Part shown: positions 52,101 to 63,704 of the stretch, one piece after another
How the letters are laid out: every line of letters begins with the position of its first letter
How positions within the stretch are numbered: position 1 is the first letter of the stretch
From: Bugula neritina
Taxonomy: Eukaryota > Animalia > Bryozoa
Assembly (NCBI GenBank): GCA_964035545.1
Contig: OZ037771.1
Span: forward strand, 12,337,133-12,401,132
Length of the DNA stretch: 64,000 bases
Reading direction: 5' to 3'
Position numbers and translations under genes: made by a program
The notes under the pieces: generated by a model
What the model was told of the DNA's origin: nothing
The model's database searches: none
Seen by the model: only the letters and a program-made list of their open reading frames with translations

Positions 52101-55100
52101 ACCAGCTTGTAATATCTGTAATATATATGATACACGCATCATTTATATGATATAGTATACATGTCATATATATCATAATATATATGACACAATATGAATG
52201 ATACATGCATATCATATATCATATAGTATACACTTCACGCATATGATATAATATTATACACACATCATACATACAAAATGATATACTCACTATATATATA
52301 CATGTGACATAATATACACTTTATTTATGTCATCTACCAGATTGCATGCCTGAAATAACACAATCTTCCCAAGTTTACTACATCCGGCTAGCCCAGGAAT
52401 TCATGGGAACATCTGCAGGTTTGTTTGGATATTTAATAATGAGCCCAAGACCTCTCTACTGACTTATATAGACTGTATTTAGGATAAATATTATAATGGA
52501 ACATCAGAAGAGACCATGCCATTACAGATAATATTATATCATACGAAGATCCTACAGCATATAGTATACATGTATATTACTTTACTATATCATATGTTTT
52601 GAGGTTTAGACATGTTTGGTGTATGTGGCAGACTTTCCAATTGATTGGTAGAACTCAGTCTACAAAAGAAGCTGTTAGTAGGGGTGGTCACGCAGACGTA
52701 CCTTATCTCTGAAGAAAGAGCAGTGAAAGTGTCTGGTTTTACCACTTATAGACAGAAGTTGAATGTTATCCGTGTCATGTGTGTTCACTACTGTCACATG
52801 TTTCAGGGACGGTACCCCCACCGGCCTACAGAATATAGCACATCATGTTGTTCCTCAGTCTATTAACTTTGACAGCAAAACTATCTCTAACCCAGGCCCA
52901 CCCACATTTTGCTTAGGATGCATGTTCCGAACTTTGAATAGGAGTTTTCTACCCAATTCAACAAAAGATCGGGCCACGCATAGTGATATATATAGTGTGC
53001 TTAACAGTAGGCAGTGAATATTCACTCCAGAATACACAAAATACGCTGCCAGTAGCAGCGAAACTCAGTGATTAACTGTGTTTTCCAAAGGCTTTACTTC
53101 CATGTTATAACATCTTATTTTTGAATTGCAGACGCAATTCTCAGTCATGAAAAATTGATTGAAATAAAAAACTGAAACTGGGAGTGGGTTTGCTTAAATA
53201 ATGCTCAGCCTAATAAATCTCTACAGCAAAACTTTTCTAGTATTCGCTTTTCATGTTGACTGCATGGAATCTGTACAAAATAGCCCTATTTTCTCATGTG
53301 ACCAGACTTTATAGGAATGAAAGGCAAGTACATGACACTGTGTTGTGTCATTCCCTTTCAACATCATATAACACAAACCTAATACCCTACAAGGTGATGC
53401 CCACTTTGTCACCTGAATACCAATTAGTCAGGTGAATAACAGACGATGATATTATAAATTGCCAATAACTATATGAAAATGCCCATGACAATACACTGAG
53501 TTTATTGTAGGTTGCATTACTTTTTCCAGTAGCTGTTTGAAGCTATTGACTATCTTTTCGATTTAGACGCAACAAAAATGCAATTTCAACATTGACTTGA
53601 GAAATTCTTCACTATACAGAAGAAGAAATTTTTCATACCACTCTATAAACTAACAACTAAACTGCATACAGCATGTTTAGGAGTCACGTGACCAGAGCTC
53701 TACTGCCACGCTTACAGTGTTGTCATTAGTGACTCAACCACAGTCAACTATCCTGAAGTTCAAATGACGTCACATAACACATGCCTTCTGCTAGACGTTA
53801 TGGTACATAACTTTACCTACTGCCTGACCCCTGTATATCTCTACCTCTAATAGCACCGTGACAGTAGTGAGTTATAATGACAGGTGTCAAGGAGTGGTTG
53901 TGATTCATAAAGTCATGGAGTTCAATTTATAAACTAGCCCCAAGGGGAGGAATACAAGAAGAGCATAAAGTATAAACCAATTTTTTAATTTTAGCAACCA
54001 GGTCTGACCTTAAAACAAAAAGTAGTGGTAGAAATCGGTTTGACAATTTTCTATAGAAATATACAATAGAAATTTTGAGGTATTTGCCAGTTTAGTGATT
54101 TCATAAAAGACCTAATATTTAGGACTAATTTGTGGTTTTAAAAACCGGCCTTTCAATTTACTCTCTTAACTAAAGAGCAAAAACCTACTTAAAGAAGTAC
54201 ATGAGCTATCCATATTTCGCCCTCCATATCTCACAAGATTTCATAGGTCACGAGAAGGGCTTGGACCCTCCATTTTGGTGTATGTACGTGTGTATAGGGA
54301 CAAAATGGCCGAATCCATGAGCTGGTATTCTACTATGTTACAAACTGAGGTTTCGGGACCTGTAGCTTAATAGCTTATTGAGATATGGGAGGGGGGAGCA
54401 CTGTACAAGTAAAACAACAAATACTAATGTATAGAGAAACTGTGAGATCTACAGCATGTATGGCGGCCAACAGTTGAGAGAGATATCTATACTCACTGCA
54501 CACCGAAGTCCAATATTGGTGGATCGAACTGTATCAACAGTCTGTTATCTTGCTTGTAATTTCTATAACATACAAGTTGAATTAGTTGGACACAAATACA
54601 ATGAAGAATACTATGAGAGCCATGAGAGTTTTCTTTCGCTAGAATCCTATTTCATTACAACAAATAACTTGTAAAACTTATCATAAGGTGGTAAATTTTT
54701 TTACTAAATTTGGAATGACAGAAAATCAGAGGACACTTTGGCTAAATAGAACTCTAATACAAGTCTCTACTGGGTTAAAGTGTTGCATAATTTTGATATA
54801 CATGCTGCATTCACTTTCCTTTCCATATGGGAATGGATACTCATGAATTTATGGTTGGGGATTGCAGGAACTTACGGTTGTGGTTTCTATCAATGCAACT
54901 GTTTCCAAACTTTGAATGAAATTAAATCCATTTGTGAAACTTGGAAAGGATGGACTCGATAATAATCATGAAGATGAAATCACAATAAGTCGGGTTTTAA
55001 ATATAGAAATAAATTACTATGTTTCAATGTTACAGTTAATTTCTACAGAGCTATCTAAATTTAGAACGCAAAAGGTGGCCATCTGCAATATCAAACAAAG

Positions 55101-58100
55101 GTTTTTGAGATGGAGCTAGGAAAAACACAGACCCAATAGAATGCAGTGACAAAAGAAAAGGCATCGAGTGTAAAAAGCTACAATACTGGTCAATATTTCT
55201 ATTGTTGGTTACACATGCAATCAATAGCATTAACATGAATAATGTATAAGCACAACATGCAAACAGTCAGCTATGCTCAGTAAGCCAGTCAGGCTATTAC
55301 AACTCATAGGTCAGCTTCCTGTTAATAGAAATGCATGAACTCTGCTCGCTAAAACTTGCAGCTGTGACAGCCAGATAGATTTTAATTTTAAATACTTAAA
55401 ATAGAGTAAAGATTTATTTATAGAATGAATGTAGCATATGAAATGCATTGCTGTTGTAATCTAAGACTAAATAGTTTAAAAGATAATGCCTATTAGATAA
55501 TAGACTGGTGATAGTAACTGTACATACCCGTTATCATCTGAGAATCTAATGGAGTCTGCTGTGCTAATCTACAACCAAATCTCAGATTTGAAACCACTTT
55601 TTAGCATTTCAACATGTGAACACTAAACACATCAAATAAGCTCATTCAGAATAACACAATTATAGAATCACACATACATGGATACTATAGTGTGTAACAG
55701 GTAAATATACCAACAAAATATCAACACTTACAGGTAAAGGTATTCCATCTATCATAAACCTCAACTCGTTGTCTGTCTGTATGAAAACTACAAGAACAAA
55801 TACAACAGAAGGATCAGCAGACAGCAGTTGTTAGACAAATAACATGATAGTTTGAAATAAATAACTGAGGATGGGGGGGTGTGTCCGACCATACATACAA
55901 TACATTATGATGGAGGGAGAATTTTAGTTCAATTCAAACAGCAATAATAAATTATCTGTCAACTTGTCAACAATGCATAGAGTTAAGTTGTTACATTTAC
56001 AATACTGAGCTAAATTTAGCTTATCTGTATTATTAGCCTATTCTACTCCCCAAACCAAGCAGAGATATGCCTTCTCTCTGTGGTATAAGAGACTCAATGC
56101 AGAAAAGAATGTTTTGATGCCTAAGCTAAAAGACTTGAACTCTGCCCCTGGCTGTATGAGATATTAGTTGTGTCCACTGCTACTCTTTACAACATGGAAT
56201 TACTGAACATTTAAAACAATATGATAGTATGCATGGTTTGAAATTTATGACTGAGGTGAAAAATTAAGGCTTTGGGAACTCTAATAAAATGACATAAAAC
56301 TAATACAACTTTATGACTAGAAACATCGATATTTTTATCACAATCACAACTTGATGGATAAGATAATAAATTTAACCATTTAAATACAAAATTGTGAATA
56401 ATACTATTTTAAAAAATCAGATTGAATATAATATTGAGTACAACAGACTACCATACACAAAATGGAGCTGTTTTGTGCTGAATGCATACTGCTGGAAGAA
56501 TTTTATTAGATGAGCACTATTTAGCAAGTTCAATCCTAGTTTTAATTGCACAGTTTGATTTCAATCAAATGCATATTATTGAGAAAAGCAAGTGAGATTT
56601 CAAAATAAAGTAATATATAATATGAGCAGTAAAGCCATTGGCAAATACAATTGGTGACATGAGTTTTGCTCTCCTTAGCAAAGCATATGCATGGCTGGTT
56701 ATTCCATATAGCCTGAGCCCAACTTGTACTGACACAATGAACAAACTGAATTTGTAGATTATGGTTCAAAATTAGAACAAATTCATTTGTAAACAAAGTA
56801 ACTGCCTTCAAATGCTAGATCAGGAAACTACGAAGAGCCATAATATGCATACTAACATCATGACTGCTAACTAATATTATTAGCATTTATAGCATGACTC
56901 CTAGCATCTCATGTAAGGGCACCAAATATCAGGATCAGTCATTAGATTTACCCAGTACACTTTCGCTTCATACTTTTTCTTTAGTGGAAATTCATTAAAC
57001 ACCATGAAATCAAATTAATGACTAAGTTGTACTCTAGCTTGCTTCAAGCATTTATTTGTTCAAAAACATTTCTGAAATTATTTTTTACCACTTTAAAGGT
57101 CACTTTATTGAATTTTCTTTTCTAATGAAGAAAAAATACACAGTTGGAATTAACCGAAAACCAGAGGCTACAATGGACTAGAACAGCAACTATATGACTC
57201 ATAAGTAACAGAGTAACATTATCCCAAAATTTCCCATACACAAACAAGCCAAAGCAATTATCAATTGAAGTTACTGTGCAAAAGAATATCCAAATTTTCA
57301 TTTCATAAGCGCTGCCATAGGACTTTGGACAAAATTAAAAGGCAGATGTCATGAAACTTTTCCAGACCTGAACTATTTGATAAATACAAACTCATCTGAA
57401 ACCTTCAACATGTTAATTTTGGGGCCAACTGTAACTGTTTCACTAACTTTAAAGCCTTTTTTTTCATGTTGAAAGCAGTAAACTTATGGATTATATATAA
57501 TCATATAGCTAAATCCTAGCATCAGATTCAGTGTAGGTAAAATTGAGTGCAGTTGATTTGTTATGACAATGGAAACCCAGAGCATAGCTATATACTCCTC
57601 GTTTCAGCATTAGTAAATCTAATGTGCAAAACTGAAAACCAAATCATTAGCCTTGAGAAAATGCACTGAAGAATCAGCAGTACTCATCTTTCTAACAACT
57701 ACTGGTAATACTAATAGTAATACTTATACTAATAGTAATAAAACAAGGATATGAAATCTAATATAAATACAAATAATATTTTTAAATTTATCAAACTAAA
57801 ATAAGTTATAAGTGTCAATGTTAGCATAAGTATAAGTGCATTTCTAATAGCAAATAACTTTAGCAAATCATTTAGTTTTACCAATTTATTTTTAGTGAAA
57901 CTAGTAGCAAAACTAATTGTGATTGTCAACAAATAACTGAATATCTATAACAGCAATAGTATTAGTATTAGTGCTATTATTACTAAAAGACTTATATGTA
58001 TAGTAAATGTAATACTAATAGTAATAGTAATAGTAACAACAATACTAGTAGCATTACTGTAATATTAATAGATATTCAGTCATTTTCAGACAATAAGTAT

Positions 58101-58679
58101 AAGTATTACTATTCCTATAAACATCACTCACTTACTGAAAGTGTAAATGTATTAGTATTATTCTAATTTCTAACTAAAACTAAACGTAAAACTAAAGGTA
58201 AAATTAAATCAAAATGATATGATAAATTAACCTTAAGTTTCTAACTCAATGACTACAATTGTAAGACTTAGTTTCAATTTCAAGTTTCAGTTTAAGAAAA
58301 TGAAACTCAAAGTGTGTAAAACTGAAAACATTCACATTGTGATTAAGAAATCAAATTTATTAATCATATTGAAAATGAAATAATCCAAATGAAATATGAA
58401 ATATAAAGTTAAATTAAAATATTAGTTAATTACGTATAGTTAATGTTATAGTTATCTTATACTTACAGTTATTGAGTTATCAATATTTTTATTTATATAG
58501 TTAATCTTAATGTTATACCAACATGTAATTGTTATTGTATTTTTACCTTCTCCATTGTTTTGTGCACAATCAGAATAGCTTGTAAGAGTGTGTAATATAA
58601 ATGTACAAAAAATAGAAGCAATAGGTCTTTTCCAAGTCATCATTAAAAAGTGTAATCCTAATCCTTGGCTAATCGCCAT
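24574..58679 (-). CDS. TMEM131: Transmembrane protein 131 (TMEM131/RW1), complete, 37 exons, about 1747 aa
   Basis: Phase-consistent exons: 58679-58547, 55787-55732, 55568-55528, 54562-54497, 52825-52702, 52115-52002, 50681-50478, 49873-49768, 49151-48985, 47841-47624, 47425-47269, 46819-46643, 46309-46208, 45771-45649, 44666-44562, 44028-43942, 43609-43457, 42488-42301, 41909-41771, 41151-41042, 38474-38393, 37734-37562, 37272-37103, 36521-36376, 35954-35779, 35195-35038, 34550-34359, 32443-32286, 32146-31861, 31515-31409, 31268-31152, 30943-30850, 30394-30335, 28065-27903, 26745-26558, 25382-25108, 24702-24574. Diagnostic motifs: FDPPILDFGVQPVGVP, HFHCSFF, TFDVVFLAREVG, PVNGSYSPIITMHNP, EMFSSGGNIHLELPTG, PLEVEVSEKPGLYS, RNNLTILD, CRNALPRPDWE plus TM helix, FDLRKVG, then a low-complexity cytoplasmic tail. 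Confidence 0.95.
24718..25020. repeat. 27-bp minisatellite filling most of the last TMEM131 intron
   Basis: Unit TCTACAGTATAGTGCATGTGTAGACAT, about 11 copies, ending about 16 nt from the acceptor. Confidence 0.95.
26023..26452. mobile_element. Foldback/palindromic MITE (about 430 bp) in a TMEM131 intron
   Basis: Left arm TATATGGATCATTTTACTTAATTTA... and right arm ...TAAATTAAGTAAAATGACCCATATA are imperfectly complementary through to the centre GCGGACCGTTACGG-TTTT-TCGTAATGGTCCGC. Confidence 0.75.
28612..28805. repeat. 30-bp minisatellite (intronic)
   Basis: Unit CACAGCATGTTACACACATACAACTCTGTA-like, about 6 copies. Confidence 0.9.
28982..29671. repeat. 27-bp minisatellite (intronic)
   Basis: Unit CAATACACCTTTAGCACACAGTGTAGA, about 25 copies. 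A rare variant recurs 324 bp (12 units) apart at 29108 and 29432. Confidence 0.95.
29905..30250. repeat. Degenerate minisatellite of about 40 bp, related to 36820-36980
   Basis: Recurrent GATAGTAGACAAGTTGGAGCAGGTGCTAGAGATATG motif at both locations. Confidence 0.6.
31028..31116. repeat. 17-bp tandem repeat in a short TMEM131 intron
   Basis: TACAGTACAGTATAACC, 5 copies. Confidence 0.9.
32465..32986. repeat. 37-bp minisatellite abutting a TMEM131 acceptor
   Basis: TAATACTCAGTATATAACTGACTATTCAATACAGTAAC-like, about 14 copies, starting about 20 nt from the acceptor at 32444. Confidence 0.95.
33070..34345. repeat. Compound CA-rich satellite: (CACCA/CACACAC)n, (GCAC)n, then CATGTGACACAC units
   Basis: About 1.3 kb of low-complexity sequence ending about 13 nt from the donor at 34358; source of the spurious VC/HT-rich ORFs. 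Confidence 0.95.
36053..36255 (-). mobile_element. tRNA-headed SINE, most complete copy
   Basis: Minus strand: GCAGCCGTGGTCTAGGGGTTAAAG (A-box-like), GGGTTCCAACC (B-box-like), core TGTTAGGAAGAGCATCCAGTCATAATT, 3' end GACTATAAACTTGCG. Related copies occur elsewhere in the window. Confidence 0.7.
38495..41041. repeat. 23-bp minisatellite, about 110 copies, occupying almost an entire TMEM131 intron
   Basis: Minus-strand unit GTATGTATGAGTAATACTTCACT begins exactly at the 5' splice site (41041). Confidence 0.97.
41975..42304. repeat. Degenerate 20-bp repeat containing the donor motif GT|GTAAGT
   Basis: ATACTTACACTACACAGTGC-like units leading into the real donor at 42300. Confidence 0.85.
42474..42715. 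repeat. Repeat of about 40 bp spanning a TMEM131 acceptor
   Basis: TGACCAATCTAGAAAATATACATGCAATATAGAAATACA units; the minus strand reads TTTTCTAG|ATTGGTCA. Confidence 0.85.
43134..43482. repeat. 31-bp repeat spanning a TMEM131 donor
   Basis: CTTACCACAGTGTCTTGGAATGACTCAAGCA, about 11 copies; each is exon 3' end plus GTAAG. Confidence 0.95.
44255..44445. repeat. Degenerate CAGTCAGTTAGA-type short repeat
   Basis: Recurrent CAGTCAGTTA(G/C)A motifs within an intron. Confidence 0.7.
44853..45281. mobile_element. Diverged second member of the 26023-26452 MITE family
   Basis: Right end GTGTGTACTAAATTAAGTAAAATGACCC is identical to the other copy; degenerate left end ATGAATCATTTTACTGTATTTAGTACAC. 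Confidence 0.5.
45952..46153 (-). mobile_element. SINE copy (same family)
   Basis: CAAGTTTATAGTTACCATCCC...AAGGACTTAT...ATGCTCTTCCTAACATCAC...AAACCCCTACACCAC. Confidence 0.65.
47114..47292. repeat. 30-bp repeat spanning a TMEM131 donor (in frame)
   Basis: CACCTTCAACCAGGTAGAATTAGCTAGACT, 6 copies; translates (VSLA/VGAA)NSTWLK. Confidence 0.95.
47804..48069. repeat. 132-bp tandem duplication spanning a TMEM131 acceptor
   Basis: Copies start at 47804 and 47936 and differ at only a couple of positions. Confidence 0.95.
49478..49644. mobile_element. Short MITE-like dispersed repeat, copy 1
   Basis: Imperfect TIR (GCAGTA...GAAATTGAGAAAAGCC / GGCTATCTCAATTTC...TACTGCTCC) ending in TTAA; related copy at about 50780-50913. 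Confidence 0.5.
50228..50462. repeat. Degenerate repeat of about 45-50 bp next to a TMEM131 donor
   Basis: GATATAATACACATAGACATA motifs repeated; donor at 50477. Confidence 0.7.
50780..50913. mobile_element. Short MITE-like dispersed repeat, copy 2
   Basis: Shares GAGAAAAGCCTGTGTTC and GGCTATCTCAATTTC...CTACTGCTCCTTAA with 49478-49644. Confidence 0.5.
51841..51985 (-). mobile_element. SINE copy (same family), 5'-truncated next to a TMEM131 donor
   Basis: GCAAGTTTATAGTCACTATGCCTGTGAG...AAGGACTTATT...GGATGCTCTTCCTAACATCACC. Confidence 0.65.
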
Positions 58680-59410
58680 GAACTTCGCTATAGCCTATTG
58701 CCTATTGTAGACAACTAGTAGACAACTATTACTATTACTATTAGTATTACTAGAACTATTTTGCTAAACACAAAGCTACGCGTTTTCGTACGTAGCCCAA
58801 AATCTATTTTGAGAAAGAGGTGGTGCGCTATGTCTCTCTAACTTCAGTTAGGAACTACATGTTTCATTGCTTACAACTAGATGAGCATGATTTCAGTTTT
58901 TTAATCTAAAAATGTAAATTTATTTTTTTAAACAAAATTTGATAACAAAAATTAAAATGTGCATAATGTGAACACTATTTGTCTCCAGCTCAGCATGTTT
59001 TATATACATTCAACACGTGGTCGTAACAGTTATCCCTCCCCGAACAACTCATAAGATACGTTTATAAACACATAGCCTGAGTTTTAAACATACATGTCAA
59101 CAATTGTCAATTGCTCACGGTTTTTCACAACAATGCAGGAAAAGATTCACACAAAAATCTAGGTCTATCAAACAAATCAAGTTTCTGTTGGAATTTCTAT
59201 TTGGCAGTAAACTGTAAAGAGTGACGCTGTAACTGAAATTTGGAAGAGTTAAGACAGACTAAACCTGATTGTTTTACTCATACTCATAGTAATAACCTAA
59301 ACTAATAGTAATATAATTATATTTAATTGGATAACTAATAATTGAATTTATTAAAATAAAATAATGTAAGTTATACTTATAACTTATCGATATTATTATT
59401 AATAATATTA

Positions 59411-59567
59411 ATACAACCTGAACCGGAATCAATGCATGATGATCATTCAATAGTCATAGAAAGATAAATAATTAAATTTAAAATATAATAATAATAATAA
59501 TATAATTTAATTATTTATAATTCTTTGACTATTGAATAATCATGGTGCATTGATTTCGGTTGTATTT
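59411..59567. repeat. Imperfect long inverted repeat in the TMEM131/ELMOD intergenic region
   Basis: AATACAACC...GAATCAATGCA...ATTCAATAGTCA pairs with TGACTATTGAAT...TGCATTGATTTCGGTTGTATT around an AT-rich spacer. Confidence 0.7.
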
Positions 59568-59849
59568 CACTATTACTATTAGTATAAGTATTAGTATTAG
59601 GCATTACTATTACAGTATTACTATTAGTATTAGTATTTCAATTTGTAGTACTTAAACAAGTGACAATCTCAATCAATCAAACTGATAGTTTTCTAAACTT
59701 TCATGGAAGCATTTTGATTTACAATTACTTGAAGTTTTACTTCTAGTTTTACATTTTGAATTTAATATTTTAATTTTGTATTAATATTACCTCTGTATCC
59801 TTTGCACGCTCGAAATTGCTAGAAGCACAAGCGGAGCGCCTCAGGTATG

Positions 59850-60272
59850 TTAAATAAAAACGATGTTGCAGAAACTATGGTCTGGGGTTGCAGTGTAACG
59901 CTGTTTGACATTAGTCATCAGTTTCATTTTGTAATAGACGCATATTGCGTATTGTTCTGGGAAGGAAACTGTCTCGGAAAACGCTTGATGAGGCATATAT
60001 TGAATTCAGTTGTCCACGGCTGGCGGCACGAGTGTACATAGTGGTCTTTGATCTGCTTTTCATAATTTTATCATAACTGGTCGAGAGTGCGCTGCGGTGT
60101 TCTTCATCCCCAAGGATTTTGACAAGCAGTCCCACTCGGTGATCCCTTCAATGACTGGCTAACGTTTTCAACCCAAGCTGGTTTCTGGCATCAGTGACAC
60201 TTTCACGACCCTTCAGTTCACTTATGTATTTTACAGCCTTGTTTTGAATCCTTTCTAATCTTTCTGCTACAC
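59850..60272 (-). mobile_element. Decayed LINE (CR1/L2-group) ORF2 3' fragment
   Basis: Minus translation LERIQNKAVKYISELKGRESVTDARNQLGLKTLASH*RDHRVGLLVKIL...FRDSFLPRTIRN, typical of the post-RT C-terminus; in-frame stop. Confidence 0.75.
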
Positions 60273-60879
60273 TATAAGTATAAATATAATTATAAATGTG
60301 TCACTGCCTGTAAGTGTATCAGTATCAGTATGTATCAGAATCATTTTATGTTAAGCTTTATGTTATAACCAACTATCATCATTATTATTTATTATTATTA
60401 TATATAAAATAAAACAATACTAGAGTTTTTTTATGTTAATTGTATGTTTTTAAAACTGAAATAATCAAAATAAATGTTACTGTTTGTGTAGCAATTAGTA
60501 TTACTAAAATGCTATTACTAATACAATAAAGGTATGTTAATGTTTGATAATTATGTTTGATTTTATATAAGCAAATATACCTATAACCTCTGTTTGTTAC
60601 CTCAGTTAATATAGGACTTTTGCAGCAACTGGATTGTCTAAAGGGAAGCCTCTAGTGACATCTTATACTACTATTAGGCCAGGGTTAACATTTGTAACAT
60701 CATTTGCTGTTTTTTAATTAGTTATTATATTCTCGGTGCATCTCACAAATTGTCTGTCGCAGAGAACTAGTTGAAACATGCTTTCCCTAGCTGATATCGT
60801 GATAAGCTCTCCGTGAGAAGCTGTCCTCTGGTGGGTGGTTACAGTTACAAGCTCCCTGTGTTCAATAATCGCCTTGAAT

Positions 60880-61400
60880 GAGTTCGGTGTTGATCCTCAT
60901 TCTGAAGAATTCCGATCAGTAAATACAGTCGGTGGTTTTTTTCTTCTATCTTACAGCGGCCAAAGTCCTAACTCATTCCTCGCCTCAGATGCACTGTCAG
61001 TAGGTTCGTTCATATTCCTTATGAACCGCATGGCGCTTTTCTGGATCAGATCTATATCATGCACCTTGCTTCTAGTGACAGGTTCCCAAACCACATATGC
61101 ATAATCAAGTATAGATCTGCATAGACTTGTATAAGCCAGTAGCTTAGCCTCCTTTGGGGCATCATACATCGAGTGTTTGATCCCTCCAGGGAATTTCCGA
61201 GACTTGGTACATTCTCATTTATGTGCTGGTTAAACCTTTGGTCTGGCTGAACGGTTTACACCAAGGTATTTGTTTTTTCTCTGCCTACGCAAGAGGTGTG
61301 GTGCCATGGTTGTAATGTGATGTGGGTGTTACTTTACCAAAATTAATTGCCTGGCATTTCTTTTCATTGACAGGTATTTTCTATTTCATAGACTACTCAT
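60880..61400 (-). mobile_element. Decayed LINE (CR1/L2-group) RT C-terminal fragment
   Basis: KYLGV (about 61258-61272), then KLLAYTSLCRSILDYAYVVWEP...IDLIQKSAMRFI; stops and frameshifts present. Confidence 0.8.
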
Positions 61401-62101
61401 AGACAGCGTATTAGAAATAATATTAATATATAAATTTAAAATATATATTGAATTAAGTAAGACGTTATCGAATATTTATATTATTATTATGAATTGATAG
61501 GTATAACAATGTGAACATTCTGATGAAATATTATATATGATCATAATGTTCTCTATTCACTAAGTACTATGCTCATACTGATAGTGATAGTGATGCTGAC
61601 AAAGTCAAGTTTTTACATTTATATCCATAGAACAGCAATATGTTTAGAAATTTATAGAACTAGAAGAGTATGAAGAATTAAATATGACTTTTAATGTTAG
61701 TTAGTGGATATGAATATGATCACATGTTTTTAAACTTAAACGATAAGTTTCAATTTGCGTGCAATTGTAGTATAAATATTCTATAAATGGGCTTTATTTT
61801 CATGTGATTTTAATACTTTTAATGTATCAAAATATGCAACACTCACACCCATCTAACATTATTTTCTTAATGAAATTATCCACGCATTGTGTTCCACATT
61901 TCTGGAAAACAATGCGTATGCAATAACTTGGTCACACACCATAGAGTACACTCAGAGTAATTATGAACAACCAACAGGCATATGTTTTCAGCTTACTTGA
62001 GACTTCTGTCTTGTAGAACTGCTGACATCCAATGTGCACAGCTGCTTTGACGATTAGCAACTTGTAGCCAGATATAAAGTCACTGCAAACCCTCGACTCC
62101 A

Positions 62102-63704
62102 ATGTATAAGGTACCAGCTTTCATATTGATTTTCATATATATTGAAACTTTGATTTTTCAATCTTATGGTCAATTTTAGTCCAGAATTATTTGTTGTTCT
62201 TTTGTATATCATTTAAATTGTATCCTTTTATTGTCTTTGAATCACAATATTGTAATATAGTATAATAATTAGCCTGACCAAGTATAATTTGATGCTAACA
62301 TAATATGTTATATACGGAGAAATCATATATTTATGTGGAAAAGCTAAGCCTATGCAATAACTATCCACTTTTTCTATTTACTAGAGGCTTGTCTTCCTAT
62401 CATGTATCACCCAATTCCAAACATTTATCCTATGTGTGACGTGTTTCTCTCTTTTTGTGCAGCTAATAGCTGTCATAGGTCAATTTCTATTTCTGCACGC
62501 GTGGCCGATGTTCAAGTGGATACTACACAAGGTAAAGGGACAATGTGAGCTTCTTAGAATACAGTACGAAGAGCAGCCCGGTTACAGTCGTACACAGCGA
62601 ACAGGTCAGTTAGTAGCGGGCATAATTTCTCCCCCCCCCCCCCGTCTCTCTTTCTCTTTAGATTGTTCTGCTGCTATGATAGCATGACACATGTTAGCCA
62701 CTTTGGTTCTTAAATATTTATGTGATCGCACTCAAATTTACAGGTTGTATTGGTGGACATATGCAGGGCTGTAGTATGTGTCTGCGTGATTATTGATTTC
62801 TATGCATTTGTGGTTAGCTACGTTCTATTTACTTTTTAATGATTAATTTTCAAACAGAAGTTTTATCAATTGGGATAATGCTATTGTGTAATTATTTGAA
62901 CTACCTGATGAGAAATAGTGCTAAGTCATAAACATTTATTGACCAATTCTATCAATATCTAGAATAAACTTGGGTTGTGTCAACAACTGAAGTTGAAGTT
63001 TTACATATGTATTAATATTGATCCTTTCATTTTATATTTTTTTTCGGTTTCTAGAAAGTTCTCTGAAAAATTCGAAGTTCACAGAGTGCCATGATGTTAT
63101 AGCCAAGGTTTCTGAACACTCTCTGTCTGACAGAGTGTCTGACGTCTCTCTGATTAAAGGCGTTGTCCATGACAAACACCCGGTGTACGTTCCCAGTATA
63201 ATACACTCTGTATATGTACCTAGTAGCTACTTACCCTGTGGGCGGTTGGTGATATGTACATAGTATCAAGTAGTTTACCATTCCTATCACTGCTTTTCCA
63301 TGCCTTCCATTATGTAATGAATGCTAGTGCAAATGAATTTGTAATTGCAGTTTCATTCAATGCAACTGTTTTCAAACATCAAAGCTTAAAAACGCAGTGT
63401 ATATCAGCCATACTTTGTCATGTCTATTGACAGTTCATGTTGGAAATTGGTTAGCTTACAAGAAACCGTTTATGAGAAATTCTGAGCTCTGCCTTGTTTT
63501 GCATAGGCTTAGATTAACAGTTCTTATAGTGAACAGATGTTGAGAATGTTGTCTGCTGATGCAGAATTGTTTTTGTGTAGATTCAGACGGAGGTTCACAG
63601 AGTGTGTAGAGAGGATCCTGGGCTACACGCGTCTCGTTGATGAGCTGGAGAGGTTGAGGACAGAGAAGTATGAGGAGGGAAAACATCAGCAACAACTTCT
63701 GAAT
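62102..63704 (+). CDS. ELMOD2: ELMO domain-containing protein (ELMOD1/2-like ARF/ARL GAP), 5' part; continues past the right edge
   Basis: Exons 62463-62604 (PMFKWILHKVKGQCELLRI...RTQRT), 63055-63184 (ESSLKNSK...) and 63581-63704 (FRRRFTECVERILGYTRLVDELERLRTEKY) chain in phase. They match the recalled ELMOD2 N-terminus (WMKWLLRQMTGKCELQRI, ENSLTYSK, ITGYKQLYLDVE). The start mini-exon ATG TAT AAG|gt at 62102-62110 is tentative. Confidence 0.85.

Noticed and set aside
52855-53037. Hydrophobic ORF as candidate TMEM131 first exon
   Set aside because: No ATG and wrong phase; better homologous upstream exons exist at 54562, 55568, 55787 and 58679.
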